Below, piece by piece: positions 13,858 to 26,619 of a stretch of 64,000 nucleotides of DNA; position 1 is the stretch's first letter, and each line of letters begins with the position of its first letter. A program made the translations under genes and the position numbers. Source of the DNA: Eledone cirrhosa (taxonomy: Eukaryota); NCBI GenBank assembly GCA_964016885.1, contig CAXHJY010000013.1:15831-79830 (forward strand), in the 5' to 3' direction. The notes beneath the pieces are model-generated. The model was not told where the DNA came from. It ran no database searches and was given only the letters and a program-made list of their open reading frames with translations.

Positions 13858-14230
13858 AGGGCGGTGAATTGGCAGAATCGGTAGAGCGTCGCACACCCTG
13901 CTTCGTGACATAGGGTTACGGCCCTTTACATTCTGAGTTCAAATCCTGCTGAGGTTAACCTTGCTTTTCATCCTTACTGGGGTCGATAAAATAAAGTACC
14001 AATAACGTACTGAGTTCCATTTAATTGATTTTCCCCTCCCCAAAAATTACTGGCCTTGTGCCTAAATCAGAAACCATTATCCAACTCACCTTAGGCAGTC
14101 ATTAGAACGTTGAAGTATTTGTTCTGGCTCTTTACATTCTGGGTTCAAATTTCACTGAGGTCAATTTCACCTTTCAACGTCAATAAAATTACGTACTAAA
14201 TTACTGGCCTTGTCCTCAAATTAGAAATTA
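13858..14230 (+). mobile_element. tRNA-derived SINE plus partial second copy
   Basis: ggcggtgaattggcagaatcggtagagcg (A box), gagttcaaatcc (B box), cttttcatccttactggggtcgataaaataaagtacc central domain. Confidence 0.8.
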
Positions 14231-14274
14231 TAATTTGATTCATGCTCAGATGTCGCAGTCTTAACTTTGTGTAC

Positions 14275-17220
14275 ATCATCATCATCATCATCATTTTACA
14301 TCCACTTTTACCTGCTTGCAAGGGTGGGACAGGTCTTATTCAGCACAGCATCTCTCCACTCGTCACGGTCCTTCGTCATCTCCACCGTGAGCTTCAATGA
14401 TCTGAGGTCTGTTCTCGCCACCTCCGCCCATGTTTTTCGTGGTCTACCTCTACCACGTCTTCCTTCAACTGGCATTTCTTGGCACTTCTTCACTCATCGG
14501 TCATCCTCCATGCGCATCACATGTCCATACCACCTCAGTCTCCTCTCCCGTACACTACATTCTATCCCTCTCAGACACAGTTTCTCTCTCAACACATTTA
14601 TGCTGGGTCGTTCACGCACATTTACACTGCACATCCAACGGAGCATGCTTGCCTCATTTCTCTCCAGCCGTCGCATATCCTCTGCAGTTGCTGCCCATGT
14701 CTCACTACCATGCAGCATCGCGTTCCTCACACAGGCATCATACAACCGGCCTTTCGTACGCAGGGAGAAACCCTTCGTCAACAGAGGAAGCAGCTCCCTC
14801 AACTTCTTCCAACCCGTCCTTATTCTAGATACTATGGCCTCGGAACACCCTCCTCCCATGCTAATCTGATCTCCTAGGTACTGGAAGCTATCCACCACTT
14901 CTATAGCGCCCTCCTGCATCTGAAAAATGTGTCTATCAATGCGACTTCTACTGTCTAATTTCCCTGTACATCTACTGCATACATATTTCTCCCTACCTGT
15001 TAGTTTGCCTGCTATCCCGCTACATCTCTTGTGTACCCAGGATCTGCATTGTGTGCATTTTATAGAATTTATGCCAGTTCCTTTTCTGCATATCGAACAT
15101 GGCCATTTCCCTGACGGAATCAGGGTTTTGTCCTCTTTTCTACTCATCAACACTTTTGTCTTAGCTAGATTCACTCTCAGTCCTCTTGCTTCCAACTGCT
15201 GTTTCCATAGCCAAAATTTATTCTCTAGCTCCTCTACTGATTCTGCTATAAGAACCAGATCGTCAGCATAGAGAAGTTCCCATGGACAGCCAGTCTTAAA
15301 CTCCTCTGTTATGGCTTGGAGGACTATAATGAACAAGAGCGGGCTGAGGACCGAACCCTGATGTACTCCTACTTGTATCTGGAATTCCTCACTAAACTCC
15401 ATTCCTACCCTGACTTTACTGAGAGTACCTCTGTACAAAGTTTGCACTGTCCTCACAAGCCATTCCTCAACACCTAGCTGCCTTAGGGACCACCAGATGA
15501 CAGATCGGGGTACCCTATCAAAGGCCTTCTCTAGGTCAACAAAGGCTAAGTATAGTGGCTTATTCTTCTCTAAGAACCTCTCTTGCAATTGTCTCACCAA
15601 GAAGAGGGCATCTGTTGTCCTCTTCCCAGGCCCAAAACCAAACTGCATCTCATCTAGTTTGACCCTTTCTCTAATTAGTTGTGCTAAAATCCGTTCTGCC
15701 ACTTCCATAACATGATCTATCAGTTTTATACCCCTATAATTGCTCCTCTCCAGAGCATCCCCTTTACCTTTGTAGCAATTTATGAGAATACTACTGCACC
15801 AGTCTTTGGGTATGACACCACCATATATAGCCTGATTGATGATGCGTGCAACCAGTTTAGTGCCTACGTCCCCTGATGCCTTCAGCATCTCGGCAACTAT
15901 TCCCGATGGTCCGGCAGCCTTACCATTTTTCATTTCCCTAATCGCCTCTTGGACCCTATATTCGTCAATCTCAATAGCTGGTCCCTCTGTTGGATCTACC
16001 AAGGGTAATTTCTCTCTCTCCTATTTGTTCTCCACATTCATCAGTCTCTCATAATGACATTTCCAGGCCTCCTTTTTCTGATCATTCGTGACACTAAGTA
16101 CACCGGCATCATCCCGGACACATTTATCTCCAACAACATCCTGATTTGCATTGGCACACTGCCTCGCAATGTGGAACACCGCACGCCTCTGATCTTCCCG
16201 TTGCAGAACATTGGCAAACCTCCTACTCTCTGCCTCCCTGCGTGCTAAGTACACCTGATGTCTAGCTTCTCTCTTAGTGGCTGTATATTCTTCCCTACTC
16301 CCACCCTTTTTCCAAGCCTTCCATGCTAGTCTTTTGTCTCTAATAGCCTTATCTACTGTGCTGTTCCACCACCAGGTCACTCTCTGTCTGGTTGGAGCTC
16401 TGCTCCAGCTACAAGTTTCATCAGTAGCCTGCAGCAAGTTGTCACGTAAGAAATTCCAGTTATTATCTATGTCATACGTCTCTAAATCGTCTTCTTTTTC
16501 GTCATATACATCTTGAAGGGCTTTCCTAAATTTGTATTTTAGTGAAAGGTCTTTTAGCTTCCAGACCTTTCTTCTCCATACCTTCCTATATGTCTCATTC
16601 CATCTCTTGCTTACTGAGATATCACTAACAACTAACCTATGCTGTGGGGTACATTCTTCCCCAGGGTATGCCTTGGTATTAGACACTATCTGCCTGTCCC
16701 GCTGCCTAACTAGTAAGAAATCAATCTGGCTTATGTGCTCACCAGATTTGTAGGTTATTAGGTGATTGGCAGGTTTCTGGAAGTTTGTGTTGCAAATAGT
16801 CAATGTACCTGCATCACAAAATTCAAGAAGTCTCACTCCTCCTTCATTTCTTGAACCGTAACCGTGCCCACCATGTACCCCAGTGTAACCATCCTGGAGC
16901 TGTCCAACATGACCATTGAAGTCTCCTGCTAGCATAACGATGTCTCCGTCCTCTGTCATTGCGGTTGTTTGCAAAAGTTGCTAAAAAAAGCAGTCTTTAT
17001 CATCTTTGCCTAGGCCTGCTTGGGGAGCATAGGCCGAGATGATTGTCAGTAGTCTCCTACCTACAACTAATCTAAGCTTAATTATTCGATTACTAACTCG
17101 AACTACCTCTATTGTCTTATTGATCCATTTCTCAGCCAGGAAAATGCCTACTCCCCCTAATCCATCATCCTTACCTACCCAGAATAGCTTATAGCTAAGA
17201 CGTTTGCCTACGACTAGTCT
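14275..17220 (-). mobile_element. RTE LINE (subfamily B), 5'-truncated within APE, disrupted
   Basis: Consecutive minus ORFs 16981-17244, 16021-16974, 14494-16002 and 14308-14493 give APE, RT (YADD), PHD finger and C-terminus running directly into a (GAT)n tail; one frameshift and premature stops. Confidence 0.95.
14494..16002 (-). pseudogene. RTE reverse transcriptase segment with inserted PHD finger
   Basis: AFVDLEKAFDRV, QGSVLSP, LLYADD, CSIC..CTQC..WVHKRC..CSRC, FQYLG. Confidence 0.85.
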
Positions 17221-17594
17221 TGCAAAGTCTATACAAATCCACATTTCTACTCTGATTGACTGCAGCTTTTATTTTTCAATTTCCTTGTTAGGCGTGGATT
17301 ATCCATCTCCATCGCGCTCTTATAATATCTGTCTGTATGACTGGCTGTCTGCATTATGACATTCTGACGAACATTGATGACGTATTATGTTCGCTATTTT
17401 CCGTTCATTGCCAAGGAACGTCTTCATGAATCAAAGTATCGTCTTCCTGTTTTCCTTCGGTTGCAACGTTTTTCGAAATATTTACTTCTGCGTTAACAGA
17501 TTGATGTTTTTAGTTTCAGAAGATCCCGTTAAGGGTGAAAGCAACGACTCTTTGCTTAAACTTTAATCTGTTATTTTAATCTATATATGTATAT

Positions 17595-19328
17595 ATGGAG
17601 AATAAATGGGAGAAAGACAGTCTCCCCCATATCGACCCGATAGAGGGACCAGCAGTGTTAGTCGAGAGGAGTATAATAAGTAAGGCAATCAAGGATATGA
17701 AGACTGGTAAGGCGGCTGGGCCTTCGGAAATAGTTGCTGAGATGCTGAAGGCATCTGGCACGGTGGGACACACCATGGTCACCCGCATAGTTAACCAAGT
17801 CGTACAGAATGGGGTTGTTCCGAAGGACTGGCATAGCAGCATCATCGTTAACTGTTATAAGGGTAAAGGAGACGCCCTAGATAGGAGTAACTATAGAGGC
17901 ATTAAATTAATCGACCAGGTCATGAAGGTCACGGAAAAAGTAATAGCGCAACTAATCAGAGAGAGAATTGATCTAGATGAAATGCAGTTCGGGTTTGTGT
18001 CAGGCAAAAGCACCACAGACGCTCTTTTCATAGTACGACAACTACAGGAGAAGTACATAGCTAAAGGTAAACCCCTCTACTTAGCTTTTGTCGACCTGGA
18101 GAAAGCCTTCGACAGAGTCCCCCGCTCCATTATCTGGTGGGCTCTTAGAAAACTAGGCGTTGACGAATGGCTTGTGAGGGCTATACAAGCCATGTATAAA
18201 GAAACAGTCAGCAAGGTTAGAATTAACAACGAATATAGTGAAGAGTTTAGCGTAAAAGTTGGCGTCCATCAGGGCTCTGTTCTCAGCCCCCTACTATTTA
18301 TTATTGCCCTTCAGGCTATAACAGAGGAGTTCAAGACAGGCTGCCCATGGGAACTCCTATACGCAGACGACCTGACACTCATAGCGGAATCAATGGCCGA
18401 GCTAGAGAAGAAATTCCAAACATGGAAGCACGGCCTAGAGTCAAAAGGACTTAAAATTAACCTGGCTAAGACCAAAGTTCTAGTTTGTAGGAAAGAAAAC
18501 AAGGCGGCGGTCCCTTCTGGGAAATGGTCGTGCTCGGTATGTAGGAAAGGCGTAGGTAGAAACTCCATCTTATGTCCTAAATGCAAAGTATGGGTGCATA
18601 AAAGATGTAGTGGGATCACAGGTAAGCTAACTAAGAACATAGACTTTACATGTGGCCGGTGTTCTGGTGCAATAAGTAGCAGCAAGTGCCCACAAAATAC
18701 TAGCTCTTTCAATTGCGCAGAGGGTTCTATAGAAATAGTGGACAGCTTCCGTTACCTGGGCGATAAAATCAGCAGTGGGGGAGGGTGCTCTGAAAGTACT
18801 GTAGCTAGAGTCAGAACTGGTTGGAAAAAGTTCAGAGAGCTTATACCACTATTAGCTGCTAAAGGGTTCTCCCTAAAAATGAAAGGCAGGTTGTACGATG
18901 CCTGCATACGAACAGCAATGTTGCATGGTAGTGAGACCTGGGCATTGTGTGCAGAGGATATACGCAGACTAGAGAGGAACGAAGCTTGCATGCTCCGCTG
19001 GATGTGTAACAGTAATATACGTGAACGGCAAAGCATAAACGAACTAAGGAAAAAATTAGAGATAAGAGGGATCAGATGTTGTTTACTCGAGAGAAGGCTG
19101 CGTTGGTATGGACACGTGATGCGCATGAAAGTCGATAGCTGTATTACAAAGTGCAGGGCAATAAAGATAGACGGTAGCCACGGAATAGGCAGACCTAGAA
19201 AAACATGGGATGAGCTGATAAACTCCGACCTCACACACTTACACCTCTCCAAGACAATGTCACTGGACCGTGACCTTTGGCGGTACTCAGTAACAGAGAA
19301 GACCCGCCTTGCCAGTAGGCATCTCTAA
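17595..19328 (+). CDS. RTE reverse transcriptase with internal PHD finger (5'-truncated; the ATG comes from the junction)
   Basis: YRGIKL, QFGF, AFVDLEKAFDRV, QGSVLSP, YADD, C4HC3 finger, FRYLG, RRLRWYGHV, GRPRKTW. Confidence 0.8.
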   Translation: MENKWEKDSLPHIDPIEGPAVLVERSIISKAIKDMKTGKAAGPSEIVAEMLKASGTVGHTMVTRIVNQVVQNGVVPKDWHSSIIVNCYKGKGDALDRSNYRGIKLIDQVMKVTEKVIAQLIRERIDLDEMQFGFVSGKSTTDALFIVRQLQEKYIAKGKPLYLAFVDLEKAFDRVPRSIIWWALRKLGVDEWLVRAIQAMYKETVSKVRINNEYSEEFSVKVGVHQGSVLSPLLFIIALQAITEEFKTGCPWELLYADDLTLIAESMAELEKKFQTWKHGLESKGLKINLAKTKVLVCRKENKAAVPSGKWSCSVCRKGVGRNSILCPKCKVWVHKRCSGITGKLTKNIDFTCGRCSGAISSSKCPQNTSSFNCAEGSIEIVDSFRYLGDKISSGGGCSESTVARVRTGWKKFRELIPLLAAKGFSLKMKGRLYDACIRTAMLHGSETWALCAEDIRRLERNEACMLRWMCNSNIRERQSINELRKKLEIRGIRCCLLERRLRWYGHVMRMKVDSCITKCRAIKIDGSHGIGRPRKTWDELINSDLTHLHLSKTMSLDRDLWRYSVTEKTRLASRHL

Positions 19329-19690
19329 CAAACTACACCCCGTCCCGCCACCACCCCCACCCCATCCACACCACCCCGTTCTATGTAAAGTTATGTTGGT
19401 GCCGCGCCATCCAGGCCGAAACAAATGAGATCGTGTAGGTGTCACGACAAAAAAACACACAGTCCACGCTGTAACGTGGCCGTGTAGGCAACACGGTAAA
19501 AACCTCCCAGACCCACACTGTAAATGTGGTTGGTGTTAGGAAGGGCATCCAACTGTAGAAAACCTGCCAGACAGTCCTATGCGAGCAAGACAATCACTCT
19601 TGCCTCAAGTGGGACTACCCCCGTCCAAACCCATGCAAGCGTGGAACACGGACGTTAAACGTTGATGATGATGATGATGATGATGATGAT
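17595..19690 (+). mobile_element. 5'-truncated young RTE LINE (subfamily A)
   Basis: Uninterrupted 577-aa ORF, 3' UTR and long (GAT)n tail; nearly identical to the 31041-33312 and 59517-63410 copies. Confidence 0.95.
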
Positions 19691-20307
19691 AAAACTGAGG
19701 AAGGATATATGTATGTGTGTGTGTGTGTGTGAAACCCGAGAAGTACCCAACCGATCTTTTTCAAACTTTACATGTGTATTACTTATATTTCAGGGAGTGT
19801 TATGTATATAAAAAATTCAAATATTTGATCCCCTAGGGCCCGCATTAGCTGAAAAACTGCGTTTTTTTTCAGCTTTTTAGGGGTTTTTGAGGCATTACGT
19901 CAGACCGATTTCCTTGAAATTGTAACTATGTATTAGTCAGTCTCTTCTTCATATGAGCAAAGAAAATCCAACTGTTTTATGGCCTAGGGCCCGCATTAGG
20001 TGAAAAACTTCATTTTTTTCAGCTTTTTAGGGCTTTTTTGAGGCCTTACGTCTAGCCGATTTTCCCAAAATTTCAAGGCATATTATGCACATAAAAAAAA
20101 AATTCATTTTCTTGATCCCCTAGGATTAGGTGAAAACCTGGCTTTTTCCTGCTTCATCGAGGAAAATCTTAGATTATCCAGCCATCACAGTATTCGGTTT
20201 ATTTTCTTTACATATTGTCCAGGCATGCAGTTTTTCTACGATTAGGTCTGTTGGCGGCCCACGTTCCAAAATACCTTATCTCGTGCAACGCCGGGTACCA
20301 CTGCTAG

Positions 20308-20701
20308 TATAATAATAAAACTCTGTGATTGTGTGCTTGTCTGTAATTTCAGCCAAAACGGTGCATAATGGGGAAAATACTTTGAAAGGAAGTTACACTT
20401 GAAATGGAATACAAATGGAATAAAACAAGTTTCGCGTAAATCGGAGCACGCGTTCCTGAGATACGGGGTTTTTCCGGGTACCTTCATAAATAGAGAGAGA
20501 GAGTAGATTGAAAGAGAGACTTAGAGAGAGGAGACAGAGAAGGAAAATGGGAAAGAGAGAGAGAGCTGGTGGTGTTTTGTTGAATGAAATTCTAGCGGGT
20601 GACTTCAAAGAATCGAATACATTACTGTATCTAGCTCGAATTTGGTGACTGAATATTAAGTCATATGTATCCTATTTCCTGCTAAATAGGAAGGGTTTCT
20701 A

Positions 20702-20740
<39 letters not shown>

Positions 20741-20872
20741 CCAGTGTATATAGGTCACACGCACGCACGCACGCACACACTCTGACTGTATGGGCCTTCC
20801 GATTTCAATTTGCATTAAATACATGTTTATATTTTTAAGTGAATGTGGCCCAATGGGTCATGGGTAGTCTAG
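20308..20872 (+). mobile_element. Second non-autonomous Helitron-like element in tandem
   Basis: Starts tataataataaaac..tgtctgt right after the first CTAG; ends cccaatgggtcatgggtagtCTAG|T; internal (GA)n and (GT)n. Confidence 0.45.
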
Positions 20873-21194
20873 TATTGTTCTAGAATTTGGAGAGCTTCAT
20901 GTTTATGGTTTCTAAACTCTGAAGAAAGTGCTGACTTTAATTTGGCAGCTATATTAAACAAGGTTGAGTGACTGTATGAACCCCTACTTTCTAATCACTC
21001 TGTGTTGCTATGTGCATATTTGTGTGTGCGCATGCACACACACAAACACACACTATTGATTTTTTTTTTTCCATTCAGATATTTTTAAATCTGCAAATTA
21101 CTCAATAGCCTTCATTTGATATTTATAAAGTAAATTATGAGGCTATTAATACACATAAACTGTATTCTCTTTAAACTGCATCCCCTCTATACCG

Positions 21195-21825
21195 TTTTCA
21201 CTACCTCACATCCCCACTACCTTGTATTTCCACTAACCCACATCCCCAATACCTTGTGTTTCCACTACCTCACATCCCCACTACCTTGTATTTCCACTAA
21301 CCCACATCCCCAATACCTTGTGTTTCCACTACCTCACATCCCCAATACCTTGTGTTTCCACTACCCTACATTCCCACTACCTTGCATTTCCACTACCCCA
21401 CATCCCCACTACCTTGTGTTTCCACTACCTTGTGTTTCTACTAACCCACATCCCCAATACCTTGTGTTTCCACTACCTCACATCCCCAATACCTTGTGTT
21501 TCCACTACCTCACATCCCCACTACCTTGTATTTCCACTAACCCACATCCCCAATACCTTGTGTTTCCACTACCCTACATTCCCACTACCTTGCATTTCCA
21601 CTACCCCACATCCCCACTACCTTGTGTTTCCACTACCCCACATTTCCACTACCTTGTATTTCTACTACCCCACATCCCCAGTACCTTGTCTTTCCACTAC
21701 CCCACATCCCCACTACCTTGTGTTTCCACTACCTTGTGTTTCTACTACCCCACATCCCCACTACCTTGTCTTTCCACTAACTCACATCCCCACTACCTTG
21801 TGTTTCCACTAACCCACATTCTCAC
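21195..21825. repeat. ~31-bp minisatellite, about 20 units
   Basis: Unit ccacatcccc(a/c)ataccttgtgtttccactac with 16-bp half-unit variants; source of spurious ORFs 21137 and 21318. Confidence 0.9.
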
Positions 21826-23481
21826 TATCCTGCTGTATTCCTACTACACAGCATTCCCACTACTCTGCTGTATCCCCATTACAATGTTTCCTACATCACA
21901 TTCCCCCATCACTACTTTCCCAATATGTTGTCTTCTCTCTGCGATGTCATCCCTTCCACATGATCTACTTGTACCTATTTGTATAAGGTAAATGGGGACA
22001 AATATAAAATTAAGTGAATTGCTCAACTACACAATAAAAATATCACATTAAAGATTAACCTATTTATTTTGTCTGCTACCCATGTTAATGAGTAGGTCTT
22101 GTTACCCAGTCTATTCCTTTTCTTCTTCTCTCTCCCCCTCTTCTCCCTCTTTATCTCTCACTTTGCTCTCTCTTCCCAATATATCATACCTGAGAGTCTT
22201 TAAATTAAGTTTTTTGGCATAAATTTGAAGGGCTCTAATTTTAATCCTTTTGATACCAACCTGCCCAAAACTGTTACCTGACTGATCTGAGATTGGTGTC
22301 TTATGAAGGGAGAGATTTCTTTCACATTCACTTCAAATCATGTAACTTCAACTGCCCCCCCCCCCCCCCCCCCTAAAGTCCCTCAAAATTTAGGGGTCAT
22401 ATTTTTACAGTTTATTGCTCTTGAGTTTAGCCCTTTTAATACCAAACCACCTGGAATCACACTGGTTCCACGATAGTGTCTATATCTATCTAAAACATTC
22501 CATTATAATTATTTTATGTTTCAAACATCAGCTAAATCATATTGGAGTTAGGTATATTGTTAACTCTAGAAATATAGTAACAAAAAGGTTAAGCCCATTA
22601 CATTCATTGTCTTGTTTTTTAAATACTATGCATAATTCTACATGTTTCATGCCACCTAGCTCTCAGAAATAGGTATCAGATCACTTGGCATCACTATTTA
22701 AGCTTAAGCTTATACAAACCAGTAGAGGAGCTTCTGTATAGTAATTCAACCTGCTAAAAATAACAGCTAAACTCCCCCAAAATTGCTATTGTCTTAAAGA
22801 AAGGACACCTTTGATAGTAGTCCTTGATGGTTGATGTTTGAATAAAAGACAGGATGGTCATGGCTGGAATGTTTTTGATCATAAATCTAGGTTGATCTGG
22901 AGGTAAACAATAATGGCAGTGAATTGACAGAAGCATTAGAACTTTGGACAAAGAGCCTTGCAGTATTCTAGCTTTTTGCATTCTGAGTTCAATTTCTGCC
23001 ATGGTCATCTTTGACTTTCATTGTTCCAGGGTTAATAAATAAAGTACCAATCTCAGGTGATGGGTTAGTGGAATTGTTAGAGCACAGTCTTGTGGTATCC
23101 GTTTTGATTCTTTGTGTTGTGGGTTCAAATCCCACCATGGCCTACTTGGGTTGTAGACTTAATCTGTCGCCACGTCTAACACCACTCCTTAGTCTTTGAC
23201 TTTCTTTAATAGAGCCCACTCTGTTGAAAGTGTTTGAGCAAGGTCTCGGGTTTGAGGATGCTTTCTCCATTCCACCTTTCTTGGAAGCCTTGAAAAAGGG
23301 CCATGGGCATTGCTCTTCCTCTTGACTAACTGTTAAAAAAAAACAATTTGATGTCTTATCCAGACGTAGATTTATTTTTCATGTATTTACCAATACTAAA
23401 CCATGGTTATTGTCTTGGTTTACTGTATTATCCTTTATAGCTGGAGTTTCTTCAAAGTATTTCTGTTGTATTGGCTTAGAC

Positions 23482-24003
23482 CAGGGGTTCCCAACCTTTT
23501 TGTCGTTATCGCCCACTTTTCCACACACAAAAATTCCCATTGCCGACCTGTGCAGTAATTTTAAGGACGCAAAAATAAATCATTATTCAGAACGGTTGCT
23601 TAAAAAATGAAATATTTATTGAGATAAAATATTGCAAAATGGGCATTCGGAGTTGAAACGTTATTCAGAAGTTTTTGAATGCTAAATGTTTCTCAATGAA
23701 ACAAAATTGAAAAATGATACATGTGTTAAATGTTCAACAAACTCACCATGTTTAGTTTTCAGTGTGATCCTTGAGGCTGATGCAACGCAGCTAGTGCAGA
23801 CACACTAGGGAAGAGCGAATCCGAGCTCTGTGATTACAGCATACCGGCCATTTTATGATCAATAACATACTTAATTACTGAAAATCATTTGTCACCCACC
23901 AAAATTTTAGATCGCCCACCATTTCCTAAAAATTCGTTCATCGCCCACTGGATAGTTGAAATCGCCCACCGGTGGGCGATATCGCCCAGGTTGGGAAACC
24001 CTG
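23482..24003. mobile_element. hAT (Charlie-like) MITE, well preserved
   Basis: TIRs CAGGGGTTCCCAACCT / AGGTTGGGAAACCCTG; perfect 8-bp TSD GCTTAGAC; multiple tcgccca subterminal repeats. Confidence 0.9.
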
Positions 24004-24687
24004 GCTTAGACCATCCTCAATGTAAATCCCAAGTTTCCTTACACATAATTGTGATTTAATTTGATGGTTCTGTGCTGTGCAATATTTTCTTTACTATAGC
24101 TGAGTGTCAGCTGAAGCAGTATCAATTAATGATCAATATAGCAGGGCAGGCAGCTAGCTAGCTAGCTGCCTTCTTTCACTTTCAGCTAAACCTGTTACTA
24201 TAATAACTGATCACTACTGCAGTGATGATTTATATCATTGTTTCATTGTTGTATGTTTTTATAATGTTATACGAGACCCTCTTACTTCCTGACCAACCAC
24301 TGTTCTAAGTATCCAATGTCTTAGCATTAGGTTGCAAAATCTCTTCAATAAATGAACAGTCTTTGCATTAATATTCCTGTAGAACTCAGCTGTTTACTAA
24401 TGGAAGTTCTATGTGTTAGCCATGACACTGACATCATTATATGATATTTGATAATTATTGTTTAGAGTTTTAAGACAGTAAAATTGCTGCCTTGCTTAGA
24501 TGGAAGTGTCATGAAACATTAAAGGGAGAACCTTTCAAAATATATGCAATAAGAGACATCAACAATTGTTAATTAACAACTGAAAATATTAAATCAAATG
24601 TGACTGGTGGAATAGCTAAATTTGTAGCATGCAGCTCTAAATGTATTATAGTATTTAATTCTAAGTTCAAATTTCACCAAGTTCCCC

Positions 24688-25745
24688 ATCATCATCATCA
24701 TCATCACATGTTCATTTTTCTGTGCTTGCATGGATTGGATGGGTCTTTTCCACCAAAGCACCCCTCCATTTGTGTTCCTTTTTCATTTCCTGAGAGATTC
24801 AGTGTTTTGAGATTAGCTCACACTACTCTTGCCCAAGTCATCCTTTGCTGCAGCTTCTTTCCACTGGGATCTCCTGGCACTTCGCCCAATGATCATCATC
24901 CATATACATCACATGTTCATACCAGCAAAATTGTGTACATTGTATTGAGATCCCACTTGCTCCTTTTCAACATAATCAAGTACAGTCATTTCCCTGATAG
25001 TATCAGAGTATTGTCCTCTTTCTTACTTACTAAAACTTTGGTCTTTACTTTGGTTACTTACTAAAAGTCTGGGCCCTTTTGATTCTAAGTCCTGTTTTTT
25101 TCTAGCTCTTCCATAGATTCAAATCATAAACATACAGGAGTTTTGGCCTGAAGAACTATAGTATACATAAGTGTGTTAAGGACAAATTCCTGATGAACTC
25201 CCACCTGTATCTTTGTACATGGCTTGCATCACTCTCACATGCCACTCATCTACACTCAGTATTCCTAAGAACCACCAGACAACAGATCATGGTACTCTGT
25301 CAAAAGCCTTTTCTAGATCAATGAAAATTAGGTATAGCAGCTTACATTTAGCTGGGAGCTTCTTTTGTAGTAGTCTTACTAAAAAGAGGGCATCTGTGGT
25401 GCTCCTTCCAGGCACAAACCAAACTGCATCTCATCTAATTTGACTCTTTCTCTAATTCTGTTGTTTTATGCCTTTGTAGTTGCTCTTTTCTAGAGCATCA
25501 CCTTTTCCCCTGTAACAATTAATGGTTACACAGCTATACCAGTCATTGGGTATAGCAACATCTTGTATTACCTGAATGACTATGTGGGTGATACATCTGA
25601 TGATTTCAGCATCTCAGTGACTATCTCTGGTGGTCAAACAACAATTCCATTTTTCATATCCCTGGTTGCTACTTTGATCCTATAATTATTAAACTTTGAT
25701 AGCCAGTTGTTCTATAGTGTCTACTGGGGGTAGTTCCTCTTTCAA
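24688..25745 (-). mobile_element. Old degenerate RTE LINE with internal deletions
   Basis: (CAT)n tail at about 24690, then decayed WYGHV, KTKVL, EKAFDRV, STTDALF and QFG motifs on the minus strand. Confidence 0.75.
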
Positions 25746-26619
25746 TACTAACATTTCTAAGCCTCTTTCTTCTAAGTGTCATTCCAAACATACTTTTCCC
25801 TAACTACATCCTGATACTCATTAACACACTACTTTGCAATGTGTTAATGTGTACCAGGATGTAGTCGAATAGTGAAGTTTGATCATCTAGCGTTGGTTTT
25901 AATAATTCTCTTTGTATTTTTTTTCCTATTCTTTTTAAAAATCCTATTTGATTTTCTTTCTAAATATCTATGGTTTACTAATGCCTTGAAGTTTACATTA
26001 GAATGTTCTCAAAGTTTGAATATATAAATGTGCACACACACTAACACACACATATATATACACACATACATGCATTAATGATCATATATTTTACTTTAAA
26101 CACAATGGGACATCTGTAATAGGGAAAAGTGTGATCCTCACATTGGCAAACTTCCTGATTTCAGCTCCTTTATGTGCTAACTAAATCTTTATTTGATATT
26201 GTTCTCTGCTGCTCCCATTTTTTCCATTAACCCCAGTGTCATATGTATCTATCTCTTCCTTTTTTTTTGTAGTAAACATCTCTTAGAACTTTTTTGAACC
26301 CATATTTAACTGTAAGGTCTTTTAGCTTCCATATTTTCTTTCTCCAGATTTTCCTCTACATCTAATTCCGTTTAGTTATTATTTTGATGTTACAAATATT
26401 TGTTTGATTAGTAGTTGATTAAGTGACTGGCCAGTTTATTTATTTATCTGGGATTGATACAGTTATATGCGCAAAGGATTTGTTTGATTACAACCTCTCC
26501 TTATTAATTTGTGGCATTTTGTAAGTCAAAATTTAATCCATCACACCAGATATTTCACTTGAAATTGTCTCTGGGCACATTGTGACAGTTGTCATTCACC
26601 TCAATTCTGTCTCTACTCT

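Larger units (their letters stand above)
17580..20307 (+). mobile_element. Non-autonomous Helitron interrupted near its 5' end by an RTE insertion
   Basis: A|TCTATATATGTATAT at 17580 rejoins AAAACTGAGG..(TG)n..accgatct after the RTE tail (19691); internal ~152-bp repeat (ctagggcccgcattag at about 19832 and 19984); 3' end cgtgcaacgccgggtaccactgCTAG|T. Confidence 0.6.

Noticed and set aside
13858-13950. tRNA genes at SINE heads (also 34445)
   Set aside because: A and B boxes present but no complete cloverleaf, and they continue into SINE bodies.
14267-14877. Antisense ORFs overlapping LINE copies (many throughout the window)
   Set aside because: Shadow ORFs of RTE/CR1 coding sequence.
17245-17575. 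CpG-containing unique stretch as a promoter
   Set aside because: Minus strand shows IIRARWRWIIH, like an old RTE C-terminus (RRWRWIGH); more likely a decayed LINE, too weak to annotate.
21137-21991. Pro/His/Cys-rich repeat protein
   Set aside because: Translation of the 31-bp minisatellite; no splice or homology support. It has no unique spacers, so it is not CRISPR-like either.
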